This document shows, piece after piece, positions 26,015 to 39,415 of a stretch of DNA of 64,000 bases (position 1 is its first letter; each line of letters opens with the position of its first letter). Under the pieces are notes generated by a model. It searched no databases, was not told the DNA's origin, and saw nothing but the letters and a program-made list of their open reading frames with translations. The position numbers and the translations under genes are program-made. Source of the stretch: Takakia lepidozioides (Eukaryota; Plantae; Bryophyta). The stretch covers positions 3,720,001 to 3,784,000 of the forward strand of contig CM060734.1 of assembly GCA_030704615.1 (NCBI GenBank). Direction: 5' to 3'.

Positions 26015-29000
26015 GTTCAATGTACCCTCCGATACGTCCCAGTGTAATAATCGAAATTCGTTCGATTGTCCAACGAGGCGTTTTTGTTCAATGCGAAAAA
26101 AGAAATCCTGCAATGCGCGCACGACTATTGCACCCATTGAGCGGATGTGGTTGAAGCCCCTCTTTTGCCCGCATGTGCTTGAACATGTGTGCGACACATG
26201 TGCGGAGACACAACAGACGAATAAATCATTTGCCTCCCCATCGACGCGCTCTTCCCTCGAGCCATTCCACAATTTAATTGAATTTAAATTTATTTTAAGC
26301 CAGTAAATAGGTTTGCACTGCCTTTCATTGGGGGTTTCTGGCACGTATCGATTTCGTTTTTGGAGGCTCAATTTGTTCAGCGGCTTCCAGCATCCCACCG
26401 CTACTCTCCCCCGCCGAAATTCGGACCAATCAAAAAATGCCCCCAAAAAAGGGTGTTCTCTTCGTTCACTATTGCAGAACTCTCTATGAAGAGTGCACGA
26501 AGTAGAACACAAATCAAGTTTGGAGTGCAAAACAGGGAAGAAACTGTGGTTTTGGGTCCAAATGAATTGGATCGCTCCCAAATTTGGCACGCACGTCAGC
26601 TTGTCATATCATTGCTCCATCGTCACATCAGTATGCCATAGGGAACAAGAGACAGTCGCCCTAATGATTGATTGTCCACCATACTAGGTTAAACATAGGA
26701 GCCATCAAGATCAAAGGAAAGAGGAAGAAAGGATCGTTCTCCCCCAAAGATACAGATGGCGTCGCTTCTTCAACTCGATTCCAATCAACTTCAAGCTTTA
26801 AAATCCATGTTAAGTGAGGACCCTCACCTGGTCCCATCACACGCAATCAGAAACAGTTAAGTTAGAGACGATGTGGAACCCCCAGGTGAATCGCAGGTCT
26901 CACGCTTGTTATCGTTGTACAACATGCAATACAAAGCAGAGAGCAAAGGAAACAGAGATCAATCGAAATTCATTCGATGGCTCAACGGATGGTTGGCCAT
27001 CGAAATGATTTTGGTTGGCTTTGAGACTTGGCCACTATGTTCAATGTGCCATGTAAGACGCCCCAGAGTAATATGAGATCAATCGAAATTCGTTCAACGG
27101 GCCAACGGATGGTTGCCCATCCAAATGATTTTTCGTTCGCTTTGAAACTTGGCCGGTGTGTTCAATGTACCCTCCGATACGTCCCAGTGTAATAATCGAA
27201 ATTCGTTCGATTGTCCAACGAGGCGTTCACTTGTCATCTGGTTTTTTGTTCAATGCGAAAAAAAGAAATCCTGCAATGCGCGCACGACTATTGCACCCAT
27301 TGAACGGATGTGGTTGAAGCCCCTCTTTTGCCCGCATGTGCTCGAACATGTGCGGAGACACAACAGACGAATAAATCATTTGCCTCCCATCGACGCGCTC
27401 CTCCTCAAGCCATTCCACAATTTAATTGAATTAAATTTATTTTAAGCCAGTAAATAGGTTTGCACTGCCTTTCATTGGGGTTTCTGGCACGTATCGATTT
27501 CGTTTTTGGCTCAATTTTGTTCAGCGGCTTCCAGCATCCCACCGCTACTCCCCCGCCGAATTCGGACCAATCAAAAATGCCCCAAAAAAGGGTGTTCTCT
27601 TCGTTCACTATTGCAGAACTCTCTATGAAGAGTGCACGAAGTAGAACACAAATCAAGTTTGGAGTGCAAAACAGGGAAGAAACTGTGGTTTTGGGTCCAA
27701 ATGAATTTGGATCGCTCCCAAATTTGGCACGCACGTCAGTCTTGTCATATCATTGCTCCATCGTCACATCAGTATGCCATAGGGAACAAGAGACAGTCGC
27801 CCTGATGATTGATTGTCCACCATACTAGGTTAAACATAGGAGCCATCAAGATCAAAGGAAAGAGGAAGAAAGGATCGTTCTCCCAAAGATACAGATGGCG
27901 TCGCTTCTTCAACTCGATTCCAATCAACTTCAAGCTTTAAAATCCATGTTAAGTGAGGACCCTCACCTGGTCCCATCACACGCAATCAGAAACAGTTAAG
28001 TTAGAGACGATGTGGAACCCCAGGCGAATCGCAGGTCTCACGCTTGTTATCGTTGTACAACATGCAATACAAAGCAGAGGCAGAAAGGAAACAGAGATCA
28101 ATCGAAATTCATTCGATGGCTCAACGGATGGTTGGCCATCGAAATGATTTTGGTTGGCTTTGAGACTTGGCCACTATGTTCAATGTGCCATGTAAGACGC
28201 CCCAGAGTAATATGAGATCAATCGAAATTCGTTCAACGGCCAACGGATGGTTGCCCATCCAAATGATTTTTCGTTCGCTTTGAAACTTGGCCGGTGTGTT
28301 CAATGTACCCTCCGATACGTCCCAGTGTAAATAATCGAAATTCGTTCGATTGTCCAACGAGGCGTTCACTTGTCATCTGGTTTTTGTTCAATGCGAAAAA
28401 AGAAATCCTGCAATGCGCGCACGACTATTGCACCCATTGAACGGATGTGGTTGAAGCCCCTCTTTTGCCCGCATGTGCTCGAACATGTGCGGAGACACAA
28501 CAGACGAATAAATCATTTGCCTCCCCATCGACGCGCTCCTCCCTCAAGCCATTCCACAATTTAATTGAATTTAAATTTATTTTAAGCCAGTAAATAGGTT
28601 TGCACTGCCTTTCATTGGGGGTTTCTGGCACGTATCGATTTCGTTTTTGGCTCAATTTGTTCAGCGGCTTCCAGCATCCCACCGCTACTCCCCCGCCGAA
28701 ATTCGGACCAATCAAAAATGCCCCCAAAAAAGGGTGTTCTCTTCGTTCACTATTGCAGAACTCTCTATGAAGAGTGCACGAAGTAGAACACAAATCAAGT
28801 TTGGAGTGCAAAACAGGGAAGAAACTGTGGTTTTGGGTCCAAATGAATTTGGATCGCTCCCAAATTTGGCACGCACGTCAGCTTGTCATATCATTGCTCC
28901 ATCGTCACATCAGTATGCCATAGGGAACAAGAGACAGTCGCCCTATGATTGATTGTCCACCATACTAGGTTAAACATAGGAGCCATCAAGATCAAAGGAA

Positions 29001-32000
29001 AGAGGAAGAAAGGATCGTTCTCCCCAAAGATACAGATGGCGTCGCTTCTTCAACTCGATTCCAATCAACTTCAAGCTTTAAAATCCATGTTAAGTGAGGA
29101 CCCTCACCTGGTCCCATCACACGCAATCAGAAACAGTTAAGTTAGAGACGATGTGGAACCCCAGGTGAATCGCAGGTCTCACGCTTGTTATCGTTGTACA
29201 ACATGCAATACAAAGCAGAGGCAGAAAGGAAACAGAGATCAATCGAAATTCATTCGATGGCTCAACGGATGGTTGGCCATCGAAATGATTTTGGTTGGCT
29301 TTGAGACTTGGCCACTATGTTCAATGTGCCATGTAAGACGCCCCAGAGTAATATGAGATCAATCGAAATTCGTTCAACGGGCCAACGGATGGTTGCCCAT
29401 CCAAATGATTTTTCGTTCGCTTTGAAACTTGGCCGGTGTGTTCAATGTACCCTCCGATACGTCCCAGTGTAATAATCGAAATTCGTTCGATTGTCCAACG
29501 AGGCGTTCACTTGTCATCTGGTTTTTGTTCAATGCGAAAAAAGAAATCCTGCAATGCGCGCACGACTATTGCACCCATTGAACGGATGTGGTTGAAGCCC
29601 CTCTTTTGCCCGCATGTGCTCGAACATGTGCGGAGACACAACAGACGAATAAATCATTTGCCTCCCCATCGACGCGCTCCTCCCTCAAGCCATTCCACAA
29701 TTTAATTGAATTTAAATTTATTTTAAGCCAGTAAATAGGTTTGCACTGCCTTTCATTGGGGGTTTCTGGCACGTATCGATTTCGTTTTTGGCTCAATTTT
29801 GTTCAGCGGCTTCCAGCATCCCACCGCTACTCCCCCGCCGAAATTCGGACCAATCAAAAATGCCCCAAAAAAGGGGTGTTCTCTTCGTTCACTATTGCAG
29901 AACTCTCTATGAAGAGTGCACGAAGTAGAACACAAATCAAGTTTGGAGTGCAAAACAGGGAAGAAACTGTGGTTTTGGGTCCAAATGAATTTGGATCGCT
30001 CCCAAATTTGGCACGCACGTCAGCTTGTCATATCATTGCTCCATCGTCACATCAGTATGCCATAGGGAACAAGAGACAGTCGCCCTAATGATTGATTGTC
30101 CACCATACTAGGTTAAACATAGGAGCCATCAAGATCAAAGGAAAGAGGAAGAAAGGATCGTTCTCCCCAAAGATACAGATGGCGTCGCTTCTTCAACTCG
30201 ATTCCAATCAACTTCAAGCTTTAAAATCCATGTTAAGTGAGGACCCTCACCTGGTCCCATCACACACGCAATCAGAAACAGTTAAGTTAGAGACGATGTG
30301 GAACCCCAGGTGAATCGCAGGTCTCACGCTTGTTATCGTTGTACAACATGCAATACAAAGCAGAGGCAGAAAGGAAACAGAGATCAATCGAAATTCATTC
30401 GATGGCTCAACGGATGGTTGGCCATCGAAATGATTTTGGTTGGCTTTGAGACTTGGCCACTATGTTCAATGTGCCATGTAAGACGCCCCAGAGTAATATG
30501 AGATCAATCGAAATTCGTTCAACGGGCCAACGGATGGTTGCCCATCCAAATGATTTTTCGTTCGCTTTGAAACTTGGCCGGTGTGTTCAATGTACCCTCC
30601 GATACGTCCCAGTGTAATAATCGAAATTCGTTCGATTGTCCAACGAGGCGTTCACTTGTCATCTGGTTTTTGTTCAATGCGAAAAAAGAAATCCTGCAAT
30701 GCGCGCACGACTATTGCACCCATTGAACGGATGTGGTTGAAGCCCCTCTTTTTGCCCGCATGTGCTCGAACATGTGCGGAGACACAACAGACGAATAAAT
30801 CATTTGCCTCCCCATCGACGCGCTCCTCCCTCAAGCCATTCCACAATTTAATTGAATTTAAATTTATTTTAAGCCAGTAAATAGGTTTGCACTGCCTTTC
30901 ATTGGGGTTTCTGGCACGTATCGATTTCGTTTTTGGCTCAATTTTGTTCAGCGGCTTCCAGCATCCCACCGCTACTCCCCGCCGAAATTCGGACCAATCA
31001 AAAATGCCCCCAAAAAAGGGTGTTCTCTTCGTTCACTATTGCAGAACTCTCTATGAAGAGTGCACGAAGTAGAACACAAATCAAGTTTGGAGTGCAAAAC
31101 AGGGAAGAAACTGTGGTTTTGGGTCCAAATGAATTTGGATCGCTCCCAAATTTGGCACGCACGTCAGCTTGTCATATCATTGCTCCATCGTCACATCAGT
31201 ATGCCATAGGGAACAAGAGACAGTCGCCCTAATGATTGATTGTCCACCATACTAGGTTAAACATAGGAGCCATCAAGATCAAAGGAAAGAGGAAGAAAGG
31301 ATCGTTCTCCCCAAAAGATACAGATGGCGTCGCTTCTTCAACTCGATTCCAATCAACTTCAAGCTTTAAAATCCATGTTAAGTGAGGACCCTCACCTGGT
31401 CCCATCACACGCAATCAGAAACAGTTAAGTTAGAGACGATGTGGAACCCCAGGTGAATCGCAGGTCTCACGCTTGTTATCGTTGTACAACATGCAATACA
31501 AAGCAGAGGCAGAAAGGAAACAGAGATCAATCGAAATTCATTCGATGGCTCAACGGATGGTTGGCCATCGAAATGATTTTGGTTGGCTTTGAGACTTGGC
31601 CACTATGTTCAATGTGCCATGTAAGACGCCCCAGAGTAATATGAGATCAATCGAAATTCGTTCAACGGGCCAACGGATGGTTGCCCATCCAAATGATTTT
31701 TCGTTCGCTTTGAAACTTGGCCGGTGTGTTCAATGTACCCTCCGATACGTCCCAGTGTAATAATCGAAATTCGTTCGATTGTCCAACGAGGCGTTCACTT
31801 GTCATCTGGTTTTTGTTCAATGCGAAAAAAGAAATCCTGCAATGCGCGCACGACTATTGCACCCATTGAACGGATGTGGTTGAAGCCCCTCTTTTGCCCG
31901 CATGTGCTCGAACATGTGCGGAGACACAACAGACGAATAAATCATTTGCCTCCCCATCGACGCGCTCCTCCCTCAAGCCATTCCACAATTTAATTGAATT

Positions 32001-33891
32001 TAAATTTATTTTAAGCCAGTAAATAGGTTTGCACTGCCTTTCATTGGGGGTTTCTGGCACGTATCGATTTCGTTTTGGCTCAATTTTGTTCAGCGGCTTC
32101 CAGCATCCCACCGCTACTCCCCGCCGAAATTCGGACCAATCAAAAATGCCCCCAAAAAAGGGTGTTCTCTTCGTTCACTATTGCAGAACTCTCTATGAAG
32201 AGTGCACGAAGTAGAACACAAATCAAGTTTGGAGTGCAAAACAGGGAAGAAACTGTGGTTTTGGTCCAAATGAATTTGGATCGCTCCCAAATTTGGCACG
32301 CACGTCAGCTTGTCATCATTGCTCCATCGTCACATCAGTATGCCATAGGGAACAAGAGACAGTCGCCCTAATGATTGATTGTCCACCATACTAGGTTAAA
32401 CATAGGAGCCATCAAGATCAAAGGAAAGAGGAAGAAAGGATCGTTCTCCCCCAAAGATACAGATGGCGTCGCTTCTTCAACTCGATTCCAATCAACTTCA
32501 AGCTTTAAAATCCATGTTAAGTGAGGACCCTCACCTGGTCCCATCACACGCAATCAGAAACAGTTAAGTTAGAGACGATGTGGAACCCCAGGTGAATCGC
32601 AGGTCTCACGCTTGTTATCGTTGTACAACATGCAATACAAAGCAGAGGAGAAAGGAAACAGAGATCAATCGAAATTCATTCGATGGCTCAACGGATGGTT
32701 GGCCATCGAAATGATTTTGGTTGGCTTTGAGACTTGGCCACTATGTTCAATGTGCCATGTAAGACGCCCCAGAGTAATATGAGATCAATCGAAATTCGTT
32801 CAACGGGCCAACGGATGGTTGCCCATCCAAATGATTTTTCGTTCGCTTTGAAACTTGGCCGGTGTGTTCAATGTACCCTCCGATACGTCCCAGTGTAATA
32901 ATCGAAATTCGTTCGATTGTCCAACGAGGCGTTCACTTGTCATCTGGTTTTTGTTCAATGCGAAAAAAGAAATCCTGCAATGCGCGCACGACTATTGCAC
33001 CATTGAACGGATGTGGTTGAAGCCCCTCTTTTGCCCGCATGTGCTCGAACATGTGCGGAGACACACAGACGAATAAATCATTTGCCTCCCCATCGACGCG
33101 CTCCTCCCTCAAGCCATTCCACAATTTAATTGAATTTAAATTTATTTTAAGCCAGTAAATAGGTTTTGCACTGCCTTCATTGGGGGTTTCTGGCACGTAT
33201 CGATTTCGTTTTTGGCTCAATTTTGTTCAGCGGCTTCCAGCATCCCACCGCTACTCCCCCGCCGAAATTCGGACCAATCAAAAATGCCCCCAAAAAAGGG
33301 TGTTCTCTTCGTTCACTATTGCAGAACTCTCTATGAAGAGTGCACGAAGTAGAACACAAATCAAGTTTGGAGTGCAAAACAGGGAAGAAACTGTGGTTTT
33401 GGGTCCAAATGAATTTGGATCGCTCCCAAATTTGGCACGCACGTCAGCTTGTTCATATCATTGCTCCATCGTCACATCAGTATGCCATAGGGAACAAGAG
33501 ACAGTCGCCCTAATGATTGATTGTCCACCATACTAGGTTAAACATAGGAGCCATCAAGATCAAAGGAAAGAGGAAGAAAGGATCGTTCTCCCCCAAAGAT
33601 ACAGATGGCGTCGCTTCTTCAACTCGATTCCAATCAACTTCAAGCTTTAAAATCCATGTTAAGTGAGGACCCTCACCTGGGTCCCATCACACGCAATCAG
33701 AAACAGTTAAGTTAGAGACGATGTGGAACCCCAGGTGAATCGCAGGTCTCACGCTTGTTATCGTTGTACAACATGCAATACAAAGCAGAGGCAGAAAGGA
33801 AACAGAGATCAATCGAAATTCATTCGATGGCTCAACGGATGGTTGGCCATCGAAATGATTTTGGTTGGCTTTGAGACTCGGCCACTATGTT
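25810..33891 (+). repeat. Tandem satellite, ~1.14-kb monomer, ~7 copies, running into an assembly gap
   Basis: GAGATCAATCGAAATTCATTCGATGGC recurs near 26955, 28094, 29234, 30380, 31523, 32661 and 33805. Copies differ mainly by homopolymer indels. Confidence 0.97.
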
Positions 33892-34391
33892 NNNNNNNNN
33901 NNNNNNNNNNNNNNNNNNNNNNNNNNNNNNNNNNNNNNNNNNNNNNNNNNNNNNNNNNNNNNNNNNNNNNNNNNNNNNNNNNNNNNNNNNNNNNNNNNNN
34001 NNNNNNNNNNNNNNNNNNNNNNNNNNNNNNNNNNNNNNNNNNNNNNNNNNNNNNNNNNNNNNNNNNNNNNNNNNNNNNNNNNNNNNNNNNNNNNNNNNNN
34101 NNNNNNNNNNNNNNNNNNNNNNNNNNNNNNNNNNNNNNNNNNNNNNNNNNNNNNNNNNNNNNNNNNNNNNNNNNNNNNNNNNNNNNNNNNNNNNNNNNNN
34201 NNNNNNNNNNNNNNNNNNNNNNNNNNNNNNNNNNNNNNNNNNNNNNNNNNNNNNNNNNNNNNNNNNNNNNNNNNNNNNNNNNNNNNNNNNNNNNNNNNNN
34301 NNNNNNNNNNNNNNNNNNNNNNNNNNNNNNNNNNNNNNNNNNNNNNNNNNNNNNNNNNNNNNNNNNNNNNNNNNNNNNNNNNNNNNNNNNN
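33892..34391. other. Scaffold gap (500 N)
   Basis: Run of N. Confidence 1.
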
Positions 34392-34620
34392 GGGCCAACA
34401 ATAAATTAGGATGGTTGGTTAACCACTATCAGGAACCCCAGTAGGAGGGAAAAAGCGAAAGTTCTTTATGCACTCTTATGCTGCTCTAGTCCTCTGGCTG
34501 AAAATAGACGGGAGGATTCAATCACTAAAAAGCCACTGAGTAACAACAGAGATGTAAAGCTCTACGAGATTTTTTCTTATGGCTTTATGGGGCGGGTTAT
34601 ATCTAGAGCAGAATGGGGGG

Positions 34621-35181
34621 TGTTAGGGTGTCACACGTGAGCTCCCCCTGAGCGAGAGCTTACGCGTAAGATCCCTGCAACGCGGGGAGAAACATGTAAG
34701 GCTCATGCAGCCATGGATCTACGGCATACGCAAGTTCCGTTGGGCTTTAGGCAGGGTGAGGCATTATCCCGCAGGGCTTCCAGCACCTCCTGTAATCCTC
34801 GGGCTCCGCCCTCATATTACAGGGCCTCGGTACTGGAAGCTCTTCGGGATAATGCCTCACCCTATACAAACAGACTCAGAGGAAAGAGACAAACTTCATA
34901 ATCTTCGAAATGGATCAAAACATCTCAGAATCCTATAATCTACGTGCCAGGCTGGCCACTGCATTACAACAGCTCCGTGGCATGGGGGAAAGTTCCTAGT
35001 GCGTTCTTCACGCACGGCAAACCTCCTCGTGTCGGGATTACCTACACTCGCCCCCCCACTCGGCTACTGCCTCGTGGTGGGGCTCATTCAGACATGGGTG
35101 TGTGGCCTTCACCCATTCTAGTGAAGGCCACACACATTGTCTCTTACACTGAGAAAAGGTACCAATTTCTATATGTCAACA
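34621..35181 (+). mobile_element. 3' LTR preceded by a polypurine tract
   Basis: AGAATGGGGGG immediately before TGTTAG; ends CAACA; TATA-like CCTATACAAA at 34862. Confidence 0.65.
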
Positions 35182-35329
35182 ATTCCTGTCTGAATTGACG
35201 CTTCTTGGGATGGCACACACTCCAAGGCTTGTCCCTGGACCTGGACTTTGGGCCACCACACAAAGAATGAGCAACTGGAAACATTTGAAACACCAAGATT
35301 GAGGAGGCGAAAGCCCTAACACACCCAAC

Positions 35330-35440
35330 AAACCAGATCATAACTTTGATGCAACCTCCAAGGCTTAAGCCACGAAGTGCAGGGCAACATTCTGGCAGGG
35401 CTATGACACCGCGATCAGTGACATGAAGCTGTTTTGACAG
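35330..35440 (-). pseudogene. Cysteine-containing LRR (F-box/LRR-type) gene fragment
   Basis: VTDRGVIALPECCPALRGLSLGGCIKV is a typical LRR_CC repeat; isolated, no complete gene. Confidence 0.6.
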
Positions 35441-36169
35441 TGGCCCTGGTCTTTGCACTCTGTAGCCCTAATGTACACCAACACACATACTTTGTCAGGA
35501 ACAACTTTGCAATCAGGCATCAGTTCTAAGTTTGTAAGCAAGCCAAAGGTGCAACCAGTTGCAGCCATACACTCCTCATGCATCAATAACTTTTCTTTTG
35601 AAACTGGAAATGTCTTTCAAAATTGAGAGCACATTGCTAAAATCTACTAGTACAATCCACATTCGATCAGTTCGAAAGTATTTTATTTTTCCATATGGTT
35701 TTATAGTCCATGACAGACACAACTTTTCACATGAAGTTTCTTAAGAGGAATTCCAGCATGAAGAGGAAAACGCACCTGGAAAAAAATGATCAGCTCAATG
35801 TCAGCCACGTTCAACAAGAATTCGAGTAAGTAGCCGCGTGTGATGCAAGCTGCCTGCCAGCGTAGTGGACCCAGTCTCCAGATCATGAGAGTGCTGGTTG
35901 GCCGGATGAGTGAGTTAAGTGCAGTATGAAGGAGAAGACGGATGTTACTGGTTCCTACAAATGGTTCCTTCAGCTTCCTATACGAGGCCCACCCCTCCTG
36001 CTTGCGTGGACGTTTAAGCCGCCACCGGCGATTATACATCGTTGACAAAGTACTCAACTCTCAGTTGCTTGGAATTGCTTGGAAGTAGACACCCCGGTCC
36101 GCCTGGTAAAAGAGTACCCACAACAGGGGAGCACTTATTAGAGACTGAAGGAGGATCCGTGGTGGAGAG

Positions 36170-36673
36170 ATGGTGGATCCACTAACTGGCCTACGTGCTG
36201 CATCAGCTGTGGTCTCCCTGTTAGATGCCTTGTTAGATGCCTTGTTGCGATTGGTGAAGCAGATACTGAATGTGGAGGGAATCAAGCAAGCCGCGTCAGA
36301 TGCAATAAGAAAGCTCCCGAGTAGAGTGAGGAATGCAGAGGCGGTGTTACAAGGGCTAGTGGATAAGTCATCCCGCAACGACAATGGTTCTGTTGCTGCC
36401 GCTCTTGCCGATCAGGGTGAGCAGGCTGGACATATCTTAAAGTCTCATGTGGCAGAGCTGGAGGCCTGCTTGCAAGAGGTACAAGGGCAATTATCTAAGC
36501 AACTGGCCGATCTTGCATTCTGCCTCGACAATCTCAACCCAGTCGCAGTGTCGACTGTCGTGCGCTTATCAGAGAGAGGTTTGTACCAGGCAGGGGCAGG
36601 TCGCGGCCAACCCGAAAACGACAATAAAATACAGACCCAGGAAGCTTTGTTCACATACCTTGACCCAGTTTGA
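36170..36673 (+). CDS. All-helical protein fragment, possible four-helix-bundle N-terminal domain
   Basis: 167-aa ATG-initiated ORF with amphipathic helices (MVDPLTGLRAASAVVSLLD...). Most of it is duplicated in inverted orientation at 42290-42692. Confidence 0.4.
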   Translation: MVDPLTGLRAASAVVSLLDALLDALLRLVKQILNVEGIKQAASDAIRKLPSRVRNAEAVLQGLVDKSSRNDNGSVAAALADQGEQAGHILKSHVAELEACLQEVQGQLSKQLADLAFCLDNLNPVAVSTVVRLSERGLYQAGAGRGQPENDNKIQTQEALFTYLDPV

Positions 36674-36699
36674 GTTCTGCCCCTAAAGCCATTTTTTTT

Positions 36700-38780
36700 C
36701 CCTTCTTTATTGGGACGTTCGGATGCATCAGAGCCAGAAGCACGCCAGACAAACCTCACTCTTCATAACCAAAAGCTGATCTTGCACATCATCATAAAAT
36801 TGATGTAGCTCTTGTACTATAGTGGGCGAAAGTTCATCAACATTGGTTTTTCCACAAGAACGATCATCAACAGTGTGAGTGCCCTTACGATCAGCCACCA
36901 ACTGTGTAGAGGGGGGGTTGAGCAAACCTGCAGCTTTGAGCCTAAGTCGCTACTCCGAAAAACCCACCATTTCATCTTCATGGTGATATTATTGTTTCTG
37001 CAGGAAGACTCTTTCAGCCAGAGGTAAACCCTTGATGAAGCAATGCTTCAAGATAGCGGATCTCTCAGAAGGGACATCGACTGCCTTGCATACTGCTGTG
37101 CGAAGATCAGAATAGTACTTCCACAAACTGTCACCAGGGGTAAACCTTAGATCTGGGACATTGTATGCAATTGGTTTGGCCTCACGAAACAACCTACCAG
37201 CCAGCGTTCGTGCTTCATCCCATGTTTGCCCTTAATACTAGGACTCAAAGATCTTCCGAGCTTCACCCTTCAAACAAACGCGAAATGCTTTGACTACGAA
37301 CTTTCACTGAGTTGATCTCCCTACTAATGTCGAAAGACTCAAAGTCATCACCCAAGTTATAATCTGGATATTACTGCTTATGCATCTTTTCTCTGGCATC
37401 ATCAGCCTTGGTCCCAGTTGTTTCCGGAGTATGTTGTTTGATCGACATCTTCATTAAAGGAGGATGACACCCTCACACAACTCTTCTACATCAAAAGTTG
37501 GGCCTGGTGCAACTTCACCATCTTCTTCTGGAGCATTTTTGGAGTGTTCTCCTTGTTTGGCCTTCCCTTTCTCATCCACCAGCTCCCTTTTCCTAGCAGC
37601 TCTAGCCTCTAACTCACTCAACCCTACAGTCCTCTCAGCCTCTTTTTCTAGCATGGCTCTGGTGAACACAGGCATGAGCGGAGAGGTGATACCGATTACC
37701 TCCGATCAGATGGGGCCTGGATGAAGTCTTCCCAGTTTGCCACACAATGGCAGCTGATATATCGTTGTTTAGGCTAGAGGTATACCGCCTCACCCAGCTG
37801 CTGCCATACCTCCCGCTCTGGCTTGAGCCAAAATGAGACCTTTACCACGGTGCGCACCCGCCTTTCTTTGATCACCAGGGTGTGGGATGGATAATCAGAG
37901 GCCTTTGCCGGTTGGGACAACCCTACACGCTCTTGCTTGAACGTCCTGCCAGGAAAGACAACAACATCCGAAATGCTATGCACAAAACGCTGCTCAAGCA
38001 CCCCCGCAACTACTTCCTCCCAGGTGGACTCGGACTCGGAAATAACAGGAGTGACTGGACGCAGGTTAGCAAGAGCAAGAGACGTCCCACCCTTGATGAA
38101 TTCCCACAATCTTAAGGGACTAGGCTTATGAGGATAAGCAAAACCTTCCAACTCTGTATGCACGTCCCTGGACACTGTAAATTGCGGAATGCCCAACTGA
38201 GGCCAACTGAATACTTCACCGGTGAGCATACGCTCTTTGAGCACAGGAAAGGCAGCTTGGCAGCAATCTCGTAAGCATGCAGGACCTGTAGGAGCTTCCC
38301 CGCCCAAGCCCCTTGCAATGCCCATTCCACTTTGCGCTTCTGCTCCCGTTTCTGGGCTGGAGTTTTCGCCTCCTTGGCTGCCTCTTCTGCCGCTTCAACC
38401 TCAAACTTAGCAACCCAAAAGTCAGATGGTGTGTCTAGTTAAATTTCCTCACGTGCCCAGGGCTCATTCTCATCAAATGCAGTGTATCTACAAATATCTT
38501 CACTCAAGCGAACTTGCAATTCATGCAAAAATGTAAGTTCAAAGTTGAGCTCCGGGGTAACTTCAGGGATAATCTGCTCAAAGCTGGAAGAGGATGCCAA
38601 TGCGCACAGCGTGCACTAGCCTGCACAAGTTAGAAGCAAAAACGCAAAAGCGAAAAACGAGAATCGCTGCCGTTTCGCCCTCTGACGGCTGTACCTTATT
38701 CCCCTTGCAACACACCAGCACTTGCAATGATTAGTTCATCCGTTCAAGGTAACAGTTTAGTTGCCCCCCATCTCCACCAA
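36700..38780 (-). mobile_element. LTR retrotransposon 5' part: leader and degenerate gag, tRNA-Ala-type PBS
   Basis: Gag-like fragments (MPVFTRAM...; LRFTPGDSLWKYYSDL...HCFIKGLP). TGGTGGAGATGGGGG on the minus strand at ~38764-38779. Confidence 0.65.
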
Positions 38781-39392
38781 GATTCCGGGGCCGTAGGGTT
38801 ATTCCTCTTTATCCCGAGAAATTACCTGCACTGGGGTTGTATGACCTCTAGAGCGGAGCACGCTAGCTAGGACGGGATCTTTACTAACACAACGCACAGA
38901 AGGCACTTTTCATCCAACTTCAAAGCACACACAATCTCACACAATCCACAACAGTTTCTACACCTTGTGAGATCTCAAATCCACCACCCAACTTGCATTC
39001 CCGCACTGGTTTAAATAGTATTAAGCAGGAAATCTAATCTAGGTCAAACGGCCTTCATCCATTGGCCAGCCAGATGCCATCCCAGCTGGACCACTCAATA
39101 GAGCCACCTCATCTAATCTAATCCTAAACTAGCTGTTAACAAAAAGACAATCTATCATAATATGGTCTAGTTGTACTAGCTCATCCAAGCTATAGCAACA
39201 CAGCGGTTCATCCAGCCTCATCCGCGCTCCATCCATCCAAGCTCAAAAAGTAGGTTGGGAGGGAATCCAGCCTTCACATGCCTTTAGTGCTCCTTTAGTG
39301 CTCTATGCCTGATTTGCAGGTGGTGGTCTCCGGGGCTTCCCCGTCCCTTAGTTAGGCTGTAAAACCTGGAGCTGATCTTCCTGATCTCATCA
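38781..39392 (-). mobile_element. Probable 5' LTR
   Basis: Lies directly upstream of the PBS, starts TGATGAG on the minus strand, CTATTTAAACC TATA-like box near 39008-39018. Confidence 0.55.
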
Positions 39393-39415
39393 GGGCTCCA
39401 GGTCCTAGTTCTTAA

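Noticed and set aside
26300-33700. Monomer-to-monomer variation as an evolutionary signal
   Set aside because: Mostly single-base homopolymer indels, consistent with long-read consensus error.
24600-33891. Many recurring ORFs in the satellite
   Set aside because: Frames change with homopolymer indels between monomers and show no protein motifs; they are spurious.
25810-33891. Possible 5S/rDNA, tRNA or snRNA tandem array
   Set aside because: No recognisable 5S, tRNA or U-snRNA sequence in the monomer.
33723-34444. Long ORFs containing X runs
   Set aside because: Artefacts of the N gap.
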